64,000 bases of DNA from Oscillospiraceae bacterium Zagget12 (GCA_001941225.1 MSHM01000005.1:106491-170490), one strand, 5' to 3'. Counted from the stretch's first letter, positions 51,871-62,071 are shown. Program-made: numbers and translations. The notes: generated by a model from the sequence alone, not told the origin.

Positions 51871-53303
51871 AGGGCACACTCCTTTCTCTCAAAGTCCTTT
51901 TCAAATCTGTCGCATACGGCGATAATTGTTTTCTCGTCAAACGCTCTGCCTATAAGGCTCATTCCTATCGGCATACCGTTTGAATCATAGCCGCACGTAG
52001 TGGATATTGCGGGAAGTCCCGCAATGTTTACGGTTACGGTGTAAATATCCGCGAGATACATCTTTACCGGATCGTTTTCCTGCTCGCCTATCTTGTAAGC
52101 TGTCGTAGGAGCGGTGGGCGTAAGCATAACGTCACACTTGTCGAATATCGCCGCATACTCGCTCCTAAGCTGTGTTCTTATGCGCGTAGCGTTCTTGTAG
52201 TACGCGTCATAATAGCCGGAGCAAAGCGCGTAATTACCAAGCATAATGCGGCGCTTAACCTCGCTGCCGAAGCCCTCGCGGCGCGAATTTTTGATAAGGT
52301 CGTTGAAATTCTCTCCAAGACCGCTCCTGAAACCGTATTTGATACCGTCAAATCTTGACAGATTGCTTGCCGCCTCGGCGGATGAAATCAGATAATATGC
52401 CGAAACCGCGTATTCAAGGCTGGGAAGTGAAACATCGATTATCTCGCAGCCGAGCTGTTTATAATATTCAACGGCTCTCAAAACCGCCGTTTTAACCTCG
52501 TCATTCAAGCCGTCACCGAAAAATTCTTTCGGAACGCCGATTTTCAATTTGCTTATGTCGCCGCCGATAAGAGAGGTGTAATTGCCGTACGACTTTTTAC
52601 TTGATGTCGCGTCGTTCGCGTCATAGCCGTATATGCCGTCCAAGACATATCCTGTGTCCTCGGCTGACTCGGCTATCACGCCGATTTGGTCAAGCGAGGA
52701 GGCGAACGCGATAAGTCCCCATCTTGAAACCGCGCCGTATGTCGGCTTTAGTCCCGTAACGCCGCAGAATGATGCCGGCTGACGAACCGAGCCGCCGGTG
52801 TCGGAGCCGAGAGCCGCCGCGCAAAGACCGGCTGCCACGCTTGCCGCTGCGCCGCCGGACGAGCCGCCCGTAACGCGCGATGTGTCATACGGGTTTTTTA
52901 CGCCGCCGAAATATGACGTTTGCGAGGAACCGCCCATTGCAAATTCGTCCATATTGGTTTTGCCGAGCATTACAAAATTATCCTTTTTCAGCTTTTCGAT
53001 AACCGTGGCGTCGTAAGGAGGAACGAAGTCCTCAAGCATACGCGACGCGCAGGTGGTTTTTACACCCATCGTGCATATATTGTCTTTTACGGAAATAGGA
53101 AGTCCCGTAAAAGCTCCCGCCTCTCCCGCGTCAATAAGCTCCTGTGCTTTCTTTGCGCTCTCAAGGGCGCTCTCGGCGCAGACGGTTATATAGCTGTTTA
53201 CGTTCTTGTCCGTTTTTTCTATTTTATCGAGGTACCGGCGAGTAAGCTCGACAGCGCCGATTTCTTTCTCGTCAAGCATTTTGCGCAGCTTTTTTAAAGC
53301 CAT
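51867..53303 (-). CDS. gatA: Asp/Glu-tRNA amidotransferase subunit A
   Basis: KDNI, GKTNMDEFAMG, GGSSGG, SDTGGSVRQP, SNLSRFDGIKYG. Confidence 0.97.
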   Translation of the reverse strand: MALKKLRKMLDEKEIGAVELTRRYLDKIEKTDKNVNSYITVCAESALESAKKAQELIDAGEAGAFTGLPISVKDNICTMGVKTTCASRMLEDFVPPYDATVIEKLKKDNFVMLGKTNMDEFAMGGSSQTSYFGGVKNPYDTSRVTGGSSGGAAASVAAGLCAAALGSDTGGSVRQPASFCGVTGLKPTYGAVSRWGLIAFASSLDQIGVIAESAEDTGYVLDGIYGYDANDATSSKKSYGNYTSLIGGDISKLKIGVPKEFFGDGLNDEVKTAVLRAVEYYKQLGCEIIDVSLPSLEYAVSAYYLISSAEAASNLSRFDGIKYGFRSGLGENFNDLIKNSRREGFGSEVKRRIMLGNYALCSGYYDAYYKNATRIRTQLRSEYAAIFDKCDVMLTPTAPTTAYKIGEQENDPVKMYLADIYTVTVNIAGLPAISTTCGYDSNGMPIGMSLIGRAFDEKTIIAVCDRFEKDFERKECAL

Positions 53304-53332
53304 GTGAATCAATCCTTTCTGTCAGCTGTTTG

Positions 53333-53611
53333 TCAGACTACCTTCGGTACTACAAAGCTGTTATTTTTTACGTTTTTCGCGTTGGCGGTAATGCTTTCCG
53401 TGGGATACGAGCTTTGGTGTTTGTCCTTCCGCAAATCGTTATAATCAACAGCGTCCAACGCGTACGCGGGCTTTGAAGTGTCAAATTCGCAGACCTTATC
53501 CATAATGGCAATGATATTCGTCATATCAGCCGTCATCTGTTCAAGCTCATCGTCCGTAAATTCAATCTTGGAAAGCTCAGCGAGATGTTTAGTTAAATCC
53601 GAGTTAAACAT
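53333..53611 (-). CDS. gatC: Asp/Glu-tRNA amidotransferase subunit C
   Basis: HLAELSKI, LRKD, FVVPKVV; position before gatA. Confidence 0.9.
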   Translation of the reverse strand: MFNSDLTKHLAELSKIEFTDDELEQMTADMTNIIAIMDKVCEFDTSKPAYALDAVDYNDLRKDKHQSSYPTESITANAKNVKNNSFVVPKVV

Positions 53612-53637
53612 ATAGATTTCTCCATTCCTATAAAATT

Positions 53638-53708
53638 AAAAAAAAAAGACGCTTAATGACAGGATTATGCCGATGCATAACCCCATCATACAACGTCCTT
53701 GTTGCATA
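53638..53708 (-). promoter_or_regulatory. Leader attenuator: ANTAR-like hairpin overlapping a long intrinsic terminator
   Basis: Minus strand ATGCAAC-AAGGAC-GTTGTAT (6-nt loop, A1/G4); terminator GGACGTT..ATGATGGGGTTATGC-ATCG-GCATAATCCTGTCAT..AGCGTCT plus long U run. Confidence 0.7.
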
Positions 53709-53717
53709 CTTTAATAT

Positions 53718-53746
53718 AATATATCATATTTTGAAAATGTTTGCAA
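53718..53746 (-). promoter_or_regulatory. sigma-A promoter of gatCAB-aspS
   Basis: Minus strand TTGCAA, 17 bp, TATATT with extended -10 TG. Confidence 0.65.
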
Positions 53747-53813
53747 GGGGTAATTTGATAAAATATGAAAAATTATCATAATCCGCTTTATGCAATGTGC
53801 TCTACGCGCCATA

Positions 53814-55559
53814 TTAATCGGTGCTGTGCGGCATATATGTGCTTGTGTTCAGCTTGTCCGTTGAGATAAGCTCTCCGTTTGAGTATACGTATCTTGTTGA
53901 ATGAACAACCGTGTTTTCGCCGGACATAGACGTGGTATGAGAAATTTTCACTTCTCTCGCGGGTTCCCACTGGGTTCCTATAATGCTGACGGTAATTGTA
54001 GAGCCGCTTGTCGTGGCGGATATTTTTATCGGATAATCGCTGGTGTTTTTGAATTTGAAGTCAACTCCGCCGTCCGCGACTGTCGCGTCCTGACCGAGAG
54101 GTATATATCCGACGGTCATCATATGATTAAGACGCTCCACAATATTCATATCCGCATACAGCACCGCGGAATAAAGAGTGCTGCTTACCTGGCAGGTTCC
54201 GCCGCCTATGCCGTCAACGCTTTTTCCGTCGATGTATTCCTTTGCGGTATAGAAACCGTTTTCCACCGTTCTGTGACCTACCGTGTCGTTAAATGAGAAC
54301 GTCTCACCTGACGCGACCACGGTGCCGTTTATAAGGCTAGCGGCGCGCGCCACGTTCATACTCCTGTTTGAGGTTGAGCCGCCGAACGAGGTTGAATACG
54401 TGGCGAGAGTGTCGGCAAAGAGCTTATCCCTGAGAGTTTGTGTCGTAACGTCCGGCTGGGAAACATAGAACGGAATTTTTACAGGCTCGCAGCCTTCGTA
54501 TACATTCTGAAGAAGAACAGCCGCCTCTTCCTTATCTATGTATCTGCCCGTATCACCGGGAACCACTGTAACCTCATTGCCGTTTATTTCGTATGTTGCG
54601 TTGATGGGATCCTTGTAAACAAGCGCGTCAAACGCCTCCAAAGTCATTTCATCGGGCGGAGCCGCAGTGAATGTCACCTGTATATCGGTAAACTGTTCAT
54701 TCGCGAGAGCCTCAACCACCGCATCTCTTGCCGCCGTGGGATCTCCGTTATAGCCTGTCTGACCGGAATATATCGTAACCATTCCGTCGTCGCCAAGCTC
54801 GATATAATGCTGTATTCTTTCACCCATAACAATGTTGCCGAACTCGTTCAGCTTTTCGTCAAGCAATGCGGTGTCTGCCTTCGGTACGGGAATGATAACG
54901 TGATTCTCAAATAAAAGCTTTAGCGCCGTAAATCCGTTTGTGAAGAAATTCCCCGTTTTGGAGTAATTCATTGCCTTTTCCGCCGTTTCCTCCGCAAGCG
55001 CGGAAAGACCTATATCGGCGGCGGATATTGAAAATGTCTGTTCACCGCTTAAAAGCGTTATTTGGAACTCGTCAAAAAGGTATGACGCGTTTATTGCCGC
55101 GACTGTTTCTTCATATGTAAGCCCTCCGACGTCAAGTCCTTGAATATACACGTTTTTCATTACCTTATCATCTGAAATTGTGGATATAGCGTAGGAGTAT
55201 AAGGCTATAAACGCGCAGACAATGACAATTAAAACCGCAATAGCGGCGATTTTTAATTTTTTAAGAACCGCGGCGCGCTTTTCCTTTGCGGCTTTCTTTT
55301 CATCGTCAAGAACGTCCGCGGGTTCTTCGGTTTCCGCATAAGGCTCGGATGCCTCGGCGGTATTTTCCGCCGGAATTGCAAAGTCGTCCTCCTCATCGTC
55401 AAAATAATATATTTTATCGTTATCCTCCAAAGAGGCGTCGGTATTTTCGGTATTGTTTTCTGTAGTATCTAAAGAGGCGTCGGTATTATCCGTATTGATT
55501 TCCGTTTCCTTTGAAACCTCAGGCTCCATATCCTCGTTATTGTTATTATTTTCCTGCAT
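53814..55559 (-). CDS. VanW-domain membrane protein (YoaR-like) with acidic N-terminus and putative peptidoglycan-binding region
   Basis: TM segment; NRSMNVARAA, FSFNDTVG, GIGGGTCQVSSTLY, GQDATV, DFKFKN. Confidence 0.88.
   Translation of the reverse strand: MQENNNNNEDMEPEVSKETEINTDNTDASLDTTENNTENTDASLEDNDKIYYFDDEEDDFAIPAENTAEASEPYAETEEPADVLDDEKKAAKEKRAAVLKKLKIAAIAVLIVIVCAFIALYSYAISTISDDKVMKNVYIQGLDVGGLTYEETVAAINASYLFDEFQITLLSGEQTFSISAADIGLSALAEETAEKAMNYSKTGNFFTNGFTALKLLFENHVIIPVPKADTALLDEKLNEFGNIVMGERIQHYIELGDDGMVTIYSGQTGYNGDPTAARDAVVEALANEQFTDIQVTFTAAPPDEMTLEAFDALVYKDPINATYEINGNEVTVVPGDTGRYIDKEEAAVLLQNVYEGCEPVKIPFYVSQPDVTTQTLRDKLFADTLATYSTSFGGSTSNRSMNVARAASLINGTVVASGETFSFNDTVGHRTVENGFYTAKEYIDGKSVDGIGGGTCQVSSTLYSAVLYADMNIVERLNHMMTVGYIPLGQDATVADGGVDFKFKNTSDYPIKISATTSGSTITVSIIGTQWEPAREVKISHTTSMSGENTVVHSTRYVYSNGELISTDKLNTSTYMPHSTD
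55429..55497. repeat. Imperfect coding duplication, 42-bp period
   Basis: AAAGAGGCGTCGGTATT(T/A)TC(G/C)GTATTG at 55429 and 55471; encodes NT(D/E)NTDASL twice. Confidence 0.8.
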
Positions 55560-55586
55560 TAAAATTATCCTTTCCGGTTCTGTCAA

Positions 55587-56105
55587 TTAATTGTAAAAAC
55601 GTCTGAATTCATCAATATATTTTGAATATTCCTTTAAAAACGCGTAAACTTGTCTGTTTTTGGAAAGAAGAGTAAAAGCCTTTTTAACATTCCTCACAAA
55701 AGCAGAATCAAAATCCTCCAAATAAAAAGCCTTTGCCATAGGGCATATGCCCTTTCCTCTCGGGTCGATAATTATTTCAAGCTCGCCCTTTTCATTCAGA
55801 TAGGGAGTAAGTGGAAAAATTCGGCACGCCAAAGGACGCTGGTATCTGTCGCAATTTCCCGTGCACATAGCTATCGGAGCGGTATATGTTTTGTTGTCGA
55901 ATCTATAGGTAAAGTCTGTTTTATCAATTTTTATCCAATCAGGGCAAAGGAGATTGAAAACCTCCTTTTCACCGGGGAAAAGAAACATTCCGCTGTCGTC
56001 GCCCTTGCAGCAAGCCTTGCCGCAAAGCCGACCGCAGTCAACCTGAACGGGAGTAATATCGTCAAACAGCCTGTACAGCTGAAGATATACATACGCGGTA
56101 TTCAT
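55587..56105 (-). CDS. Cys-rich putative Fe-S/Zn protein (YkgJ/CxxCxxCC-like)
   Basis: DCGRLCGKACC, CTGNC, RPLACRIFP, ICP. Confidence 0.7.
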   Translation of the reverse strand: MNTAYVYLQLYRLFDDITPVQVDCGRLCGKACCKGDDSGMFLFPGEKEVFNLLCPDWIKIDKTDFTYRFDNKTYTAPIAMCTGNCDRYQRPLACRIFPLTPYLNEKGELEIIIDPRGKGICPMAKAFYLEDFDSAFVRNVKKAFTLLSKNRQVYAFLKEYSKYIDEFRRFYN

Positions 56106-56308
56106 ATTTAAACCTCACATTTATATATAGTTTTATGAACATTATAATTCTATCACAAAAAATGCCGTAAAACAATAGGGAAAAATATTTTTTACGCAAT
56201 TAATGATTTTTATGACAAGAATCGCCCCGCTTTATGAGTTTTGCATAAAATATTAAAAATTGAAAAATACTTGTAACATTCATTTAATCTAAAAAACGGC
56301 TCTTATAT

Positions 56309-56338
56309 TTGACAAAGTGGGATATATGGTAGTATAAT
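56309..56338 (+). promoter_or_regulatory. sigma-A-type promoter of the topoisomerase pair
   Basis: TTGACA, 18 bp, TATAAT. Confidence 0.65.
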
Positions 56339-56396
56339 TAATGAAATATGATTTTGAAATGCTATATGTAGATAAAAGAAAGGATTGGTTGTATTT

Positions 56397-58415
56397 ATGC
56401 CGAAAAAGAAACAGGAATACGGAAATGACAGCATAACAAGTCTTAAGGGCGCGGACAGAGTAAGAAAGCGTCCGGCGGTTATTTTCGGCTCGGACGGACT
56501 TGAGGGCTGTGAACATTCCTTCTTTGAAATACTGTCAAATTCAATAGATGAGGCGCGCGAGGGTTACGGAAGTCTTATAGAGGTTACCAGATTTATGGAT
56601 AATTCCATCGAGGTACGTGACCACGGCAGAGGCGTGCCGCTCGATTATAACGACAAGGAAGGCAGATTTAACTGGGAGCTTGTATACTGCGAGCTGTATG
56701 CCGGAGGAAAATACGATAACAATAAGGGCGGTATGTATGAGTACAGCCTCGGACTTAACGGACTCGGTGCCTGCGCAACTCAGTACAGCAGCGAGTATAT
56801 GGACGTTACGGTTGTCAGAGATAAGACGGTTTATTCATTGCATTTTGAAAAGGGAGAAAATATCGGCGGATTGGAGAAATCCGAAACGAGGAGCGTCCGG
56901 ACGGGAACTGTTCAAAAATGGAAACCCGATACCGAGGTGTTTACGGATATTGATATTCCGATTGAATTTTTCAAAGATGTTTTGAATAAGCAGGCAATGG
57001 TAAATGCCGGACTGAAATTCGTATTGTACAACGAAACCGAAACCGGTATGGAAATGTTTGAATATTACTATGAGAACGGCATTGTGGACTACCTCAAGGA
57101 ATGTGTGGGCGAGGACGGCTTTACTACCGTTGAAACATGGGAAACGGAGCGCGAGGGACGCGACCGCGAGGATAAGGACGATTATAAGGTAAAAATGCAG
57201 GTGGCGTTCTGCTTTTCAAACAAAGTAAATATGCTTGAATATTACCATAATTCAAGCTACCTCGAACACGGCGGTTCGCCGGACAAGGCGGTTAAAAACG
57301 CGTTTGTATATGCGATAGACAGATATTTAAAGCAGAACGATAAATACAATAAAAACGATTCCAAGATAACCTTTAATGATATTGCGGACTGCCTTGCGCT
57401 TGTTATAAATTCGTTCTCGACGCAGACAAGCTATGAGAATCAGACCAAAAAGGCTATAAACAACAAATTTATCCAGGAGGCAATGACGGACTTTTTGCGT
57501 CAGCAGCTTGAGGTATATTTTATAGAGAATAAAGCCGATGCGGAAAAGATTGCAAACCAAGTAATCGTAAATAAAAAGAGCCGCGAAAACGCCGAAAAGG
57601 CGAGGATAGATATTAAGAAAAAGCTGACAGGCTCGATGGACGTCACAAACAGGGCTGAAAAGTTTGTGGACTGCCGAACAAAGGACGTTGAAAAGCGGGA
57701 GCTTTATATAGTGGAGGGCGATTCGGCGCTCGGCTCGTGTAAGCTCGCGCGCGACGCGGGATTTCAGGCGATAATGCCGATACGCGGAAAAATATTAAAC
57801 TGCCTGAAGGCTGACTATCCGAGAATTTTCAAGAGCGATATTATAGTGGATTTGCTCCGTGTATTGGGCTGCGGCGTTGAGATAAAGTCAAAGCACAATA
57901 ACAAGCTCGACGGCTTTGATATAAACAATCTTCGTTGGAGCAAGGTAATACTTTGTACCGATGCGGACGTGGACGGTTTCCAGATAAGAACGCTGCTTTT
58001 GACTATGATTTACCGTCTTACGCCCACGCTTATAGAAAAGGGCAAAGTGTATATCGCGGAATCGCCGCTGTATGAGATAACGATTACAAAGACAAAGCGC
58101 CGCGGCGAAAAGTTTTTCGCGTATACCGACGCGGAGCGTGACAAAATCCTTGCAAAGCTCAACGAGGACGGACTTACAAAGGATCACGACGATTACGATA
58201 TTAAGCGCTCAAAGGGTTTGGGTGAGAACCAGCCGGAAATGATGAGCCTTACGACGATGCATCCGGCTACGAGGCGGCTTATACGCGTTACGCCCGAGAG
58301 CATCGAAAAGACGGCGAGAATGTTTGATATTTTATTGGGAGATAATTTACAGAGCCGCAAGCGGTATATAGAGGATAACGGAAGTCTTTATATGGAAATG
58401 GTAGACTTATCATAA
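56397..58415 (+). CDS. Type IIA topoisomerase B subunit (divergent GyrB/ParE-like)
   Basis: EILSNSIDE, DHGRGVP, AGGKY, GLNGLG; TOPRIM VEGDSA, PIRGKILN, TDADVDG, RSKGLGE. Confidence 0.92.
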   Translation: MPKKKQEYGNDSITSLKGADRVRKRPAVIFGSDGLEGCEHSFFEILSNSIDEAREGYGSLIEVTRFMDNSIEVRDHGRGVPLDYNDKEGRFNWELVYCELYAGGKYDNNKGGMYEYSLGLNGLGACATQYSSEYMDVTVVRDKTVYSLHFEKGENIGGLEKSETRSVRTGTVQKWKPDTEVFTDIDIPIEFFKDVLNKQAMVNAGLKFVLYNETETGMEMFEYYYENGIVDYLKECVGEDGFTTVETWETEREGRDREDKDDYKVKMQVAFCFSNKVNMLEYYHNSSYLEHGGSPDKAVKNAFVYAIDRYLKQNDKYNKNDSKITFNDIADCLALVINSFSTQTSYENQTKKAINNKFIQEAMTDFLRQQLEVYFIENKADAEKIANQVIVNKKSRENAEKARIDIKKKLTGSMDVTNRAEKFVDCRTKDVEKRELYIVEGDSALGSCKLARDAGFQAIMPIRGKILNCLKADYPRIFKSDIIVDLLRVLGCGVEIKSKHNNKLDGFDINNLRWSKVILCTDADVDGFQIRTLLLTMIYRLTPTLIEKGKVYIAESPLYEITITKTKRRGEKFFAYTDAERDKILAKLNEDGLTKDHDDYDIKRSKGLGENQPEMMSLTTMHPATRRLIRVTPESIEKTARMFDILLGDNLQSRKRYIEDNGSLYMEMVDLS

Positions 58416-58433
58416 ACGAAGGGAAAAGGAACA

Positions 58434-60656
58434 ATGCCAAGAAAGAAGAAAAACGCGGAGCCGGAGGTTATAGTAAGCGCGCCGATAGAGGACCAGGCAA
58501 TAACGGAAACGCTTGAAAAAAACTATATGCCCTACGCTATGAGCGTTATAATTTCAAGAGCCATACCCGAAATCGACGGCTTAAAGCCGGCGCACAGAAA
58601 GCTCTTGTACACGATGTATAAAATGGGACTTTTGGGCGGCAAGCTCACTAAGTCGGCGAACGTAGTCGGACAGACGATGAAATTAAATCCGCACGGCGAC
58701 GCGTCCATTTATGAAACCATGGTAAGATTGACGCGCGGAAACGAGTCGCTTTTGCACCCGCTTGTTGAGTCGCAGGGTAACTTCGGTAAGCAGTATTCGC
58801 GCGATATGGCATACGCCGCATCGCGTTATACCGAGGTAAGACTGGAGCCGATATGCGAGGAGCTGTTCAGGGATATTAATAAAAACACGGTTCAGTTTGT
58901 GGACAGCTATGACGGCGAGATGAAGGAGCCGGTTATGCTGCCGTCAGCGTTTCCGAATATATTGGTAAACCCGAACCAAGGTATCGCGGTCGGTATGGCA
59001 AGCAATATATGCTCGTTTAACCTCAAGGAGGTATGCGAGGCGGCAATCGCGATAATGAAGAAAAAGAGCATAACCACCGATGAAATTTTGGATATTATGC
59101 CCGCGCCCGATTTTCCGTTGGGCGCGACAATAATATATTCGCGCGACGAGATGCGCACGATTTACGAAACCGGCAGGGGCAGCTTTAAAATGCGCGCGGT
59201 TTATAATTACGACAAGGCGAATAACTGTATAGAGATAACCGAAATTCCGTATACAACCACCTCCGAGGCGGTTATCGGCAAGATTATGGACCTTATAAAG
59301 GCGAATAAGCTAAGGGAAATATCTGACGCGAGAGATGAAACGGATTTGAGCGGCTTTAAGATAACGCTTGATTTAAAGCACGGAACCGACCCCGGGCAGC
59401 TTATGGCAAAGCTCTATAAGATGACGCCGCTTGAGGACTCGTTCGGCTGTAATTTTAATATACTTATAAAGAATAGACCCTACGTAATGGGCGTTAAGGA
59501 AATATTAGAGCATTGGATAGAGTTCCGTATGGACTGCACCAAGAACAGCATACGATACGATATTGACAAAAAGAGCGCAAAGCTGCATCTTTTAACAGGT
59601 CTAAAAAAGATACTAATGGACATTGACAAAGCAATATCCATTATCCGCCACACGGAGCTTGAATCGGACGTTGTTCCGAATTTGATGGACGGGTTCGGCA
59701 TAGACAAGATTCAGGCGGAATACGTCGCGGAAATAAAGCTCAGAAACCTAAACCGCGAATACATTTTAAACCGCACCTCGGAGATAGAAAAGCTGATGGA
59801 GGAGCTTGAGAATCTTAACAACACTCTTTCAAGCGACACCGAGGTTAAAAAGGTAATCACGTCGGAGCTTAGGAGCATTATAAAGAAGTACGCGCAGGAG
59901 CGAAAAACCCAGCTTATCGCAAGCGACGAGATAGAAACCTATGTGGAGGTTCAGACTGTCGATGATTACGCTTGTACCGTATTTATGACGCGCGACGGAT
60001 ATTTAAAGAAAATTTCGGCGCTGTCGCTGCGCTCGTCAACGACGGAGCATAGACTTAAAGAGGACGATGAAATAATTCAGACGATAGAAACCACAAATAA
60101 AAATGAGTGTCTGTTCTTTACGGACAACGCAACCGTTTATAAAATGAAACTCTATGATATACCCGACGCCAAGGTCAGCACAATAGGCGAATATATGCCG
60201 GGAATATTGGGACTTGAAGATAACGAGAAAATATTGTATACTGTAATTACGGCGGATTACGGCGGCATGATGCTGTTCTCATTTGAAAACGGCAAAATAG
60301 CCAAGGTAGAGCTTAACAATTACGTTACTAAAACAAACCGTAAAAAGCTTGTCGGCGCGTACGGCAGCAAGTCGCCGGTGTGCGACATAAGGCTTATCGC
60401 CGAGGACACGGACATTGTGCTGATGTCAGACAATAACAGAGTGCTGTGCCTTAACACGGAAAAAATTCCGCTTAAGGCTACAAAGAGTACGCAGGGCGTT
60501 CAGGCTTTGACGCTGCGTAAGAAGGGAGCAAAGCTGATTAAGGTAACAACGGCTAACGAAAGCGGATTGGAAAATCCTGAAAAATACAGGACCAAAAACA
60601 TACCCGCAGCGGGAGCCGCGCTTAAAAAGGAGGACACACAACTGAGTCTTATTTAA
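58434..60656 (+). CDS. Type IIA topoisomerase A subunit (divergent GyrA/ParC-like, probably Topo IV-like)
   Basis: RAIPEIDGLKP, NPHGD, AASRYTE (catalytic Tyr), GIAVGMA, PDFP; no QxRGGxG GyrA-box seen. Confidence 0.92.
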   Translation: MPRKKKNAEPEVIVSAPIEDQAITETLEKNYMPYAMSVIISRAIPEIDGLKPAHRKLLYTMYKMGLLGGKLTKSANVVGQTMKLNPHGDASIYETMVRLTRGNESLLHPLVESQGNFGKQYSRDMAYAASRYTEVRLEPICEELFRDINKNTVQFVDSYDGEMKEPVMLPSAFPNILVNPNQGIAVGMASNICSFNLKEVCEAAIAIMKKKSITTDEILDIMPAPDFPLGATIIYSRDEMRTIYETGRGSFKMRAVYNYDKANNCIEITEIPYTTTSEAVIGKIMDLIKANKLREISDARDETDLSGFKITLDLKHGTDPGQLMAKLYKMTPLEDSFGCNFNILIKNRPYVMGVKEILEHWIEFRMDCTKNSIRYDIDKKSAKLHLLTGLKKILMDIDKAISIIRHTELESDVVPNLMDGFGIDKIQAEYVAEIKLRNLNREYILNRTSEIEKLMEELENLNNTLSSDTEVKKVITSELRSIIKKYAQERKTQLIASDEIETYVEVQTVDDYACTVFMTRDGYLKKISALSLRSSTTEHRLKEDDEIIQTIETTNKNECLFFTDNATVYKMKLYDIPDAKVSTIGEYMPGILGLEDNEKILYTVITADYGGMMLFSFENGKIAKVELNNYVTKTNRKKLVGAYGSKSPVCDIRLIAEDTDIVLMSDNNRVLCLNTEKIPLKATKSTQGVQALTLRKKGAKLIKVTTANESGLENPEKYRTKNIPAAGAALKKEDTQLSLI

Positions 60657-60696
60657 TCAAAAGCCTTGTGGATCAGGGCAGAAAGGAAGTGGCAGT

Positions 60697-62061
60697 ATGC
60701 TAAGAGAAGATGAAAGAAAGAGATTGCAGGAGAAGTTTCAGCATGAGGCAGCGGGAGTTTATCAGCCGTTTTCAAAGGAGCTTTTTAAGCAGTACAGCGT
60801 AAAAAGAGGATTGAGAAACGAGGACGGTACCGGAGTTATGGCGGGACTTACCTCCGTTGGAGCGGTAATAGGATATTATATCGAGGACGGAGAAAAATTT
60901 CCGACCGAGGGACATTTGAGATACCGCGGCTACGACCTCACGGACATAGTAAGAAATTGCGAAAAAGAGAAAAGATTCGGCTTTGAGGAAGCTGCATATC
61001 TGCTTTTATTCGGACATCTGCCCGACAGTAAGACGCTTGAGGATTTTTCAAGACTTATAGGCAATTTACGCTCGCTGCCAAACGGATTCGCGGAGGATAT
61101 GATATTAAAGGCTCCGAGCAAGAACATTATGAATAAGATTGCGCGTTCTGTGCTCGCCGCGTATTCATACGACACAAATCCCGATGAAATCAGCGTGGGA
61201 AATATACTTCGCCAGTCGATAGAGCTTATTGCGCGTCTGCCGGTAATGGCGGCGTACGGATACCAGGCGAAAAGCCATTATCATGACGGAAACAGCCTCT
61301 ATCTGCACGCGCCGCAGCCGAGGCTTTCAACGGCGGAAAACCTTTTGTATATGCTCAGACCCGATAATAAGTACACGCGCGAGGAGGCGGAAATGCTCGA
61401 TGTGTTGCTTATGATTCACGCGGAGCACGGCGGCGGTAACAATTCCGCGTTTACGACGAGAGTTGTTTCCTCATCGGATACCGATACATATTCCGCAATC
61501 GCCGCGGCTATAGGCTCGCTCAAGGGACCAAAGCACGGCGGCGCGAACGCTAAGGTAATGAGTATGATTTCCAATATAGAAACCAATGTAAATGATTGGG
61601 AGGACGAGGACGAGGTAAGAGCGTACCTTGCAAAGATATTGCGTAAAGAGGCGTTTGACGGCGCGGGACTGATTTATGGTATGGGTCACGCTATTTACAC
61701 CTACAGCGACCCGAGATGCTTGCTGCTGAAGGAGAGAGCATCAATGCTTGCGGAAAAGAATCCGAAGTTCCTGAAAGAATTTAATTTGTATCAGCTTGTG
61801 GAAAAGCTGACGCCGGACGTTTTTGCGGAGGTTAAGCATAATCCTAAGGTAATGTGCGCCAATGTCGATTTATATTCGGGATTTGTATATAAGATGCTCG
61901 GAATCCCCGAGGAGATGTATACGCCGCTTTTTGCCATTTCAAGAATTGTCGGTTGGTGCGCACACCGTCTTGAGGAGGTTATAGGCTGCGGAAGAATTAT
62001 CAGACCGGCATATAAATCAATGCTGCACAGCAAAGAATATATAGAAATAGAAAAAAGATAA
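60697..62061 (+). CDS. gltA: Citrate (or 2-methylcitrate) synthase
   Basis: LRYRGY, HAEHGGGNNSAFT, GPKHGGAN, YGMGHAIY..SDPR, ANVDLYSG. Confidence 0.92.
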   Translation: MLREDERKRLQEKFQHEAAGVYQPFSKELFKQYSVKRGLRNEDGTGVMAGLTSVGAVIGYYIEDGEKFPTEGHLRYRGYDLTDIVRNCEKEKRFGFEEAAYLLLFGHLPDSKTLEDFSRLIGNLRSLPNGFAEDMILKAPSKNIMNKIARSVLAAYSYDTNPDEISVGNILRQSIELIARLPVMAAYGYQAKSHYHDGNSLYLHAPQPRLSTAENLLYMLRPDNKYTREEAEMLDVLLMIHAEHGGGNNSAFTTRVVSSSDTDTYSAIAAAIGSLKGPKHGGANAKVMSMISNIETNVNDWEDEDEVRAYLAKILRKEAFDGAGLIYGMGHAIYTYSDPRCLLLKERASMLAEKNPKFLKEFNLYQLVEKLTPDVFAEVKHNPKVMCANVDLYSGFVYKMLGIPEEMYTPLFAISRIVGWCAHRLEEVIGCGRIIRPAYKSMLHSKEYIEIEKR

Positions 62062-62071
62062 GGAGATTTTT

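Noticed and set aside
53612-53813. T-box riboswitch upstream of gatCAB-aspS
   Set aside because: No GGTGGNACCGCG-like T-box sequence, and the ~100-nt leader is too short for stem I.
53814-55559. Vancomycin resistance locus
   Set aside because: VanW domain only; no vanRS or vanHAX/B nearby, and such proteins are common in Bacillota.
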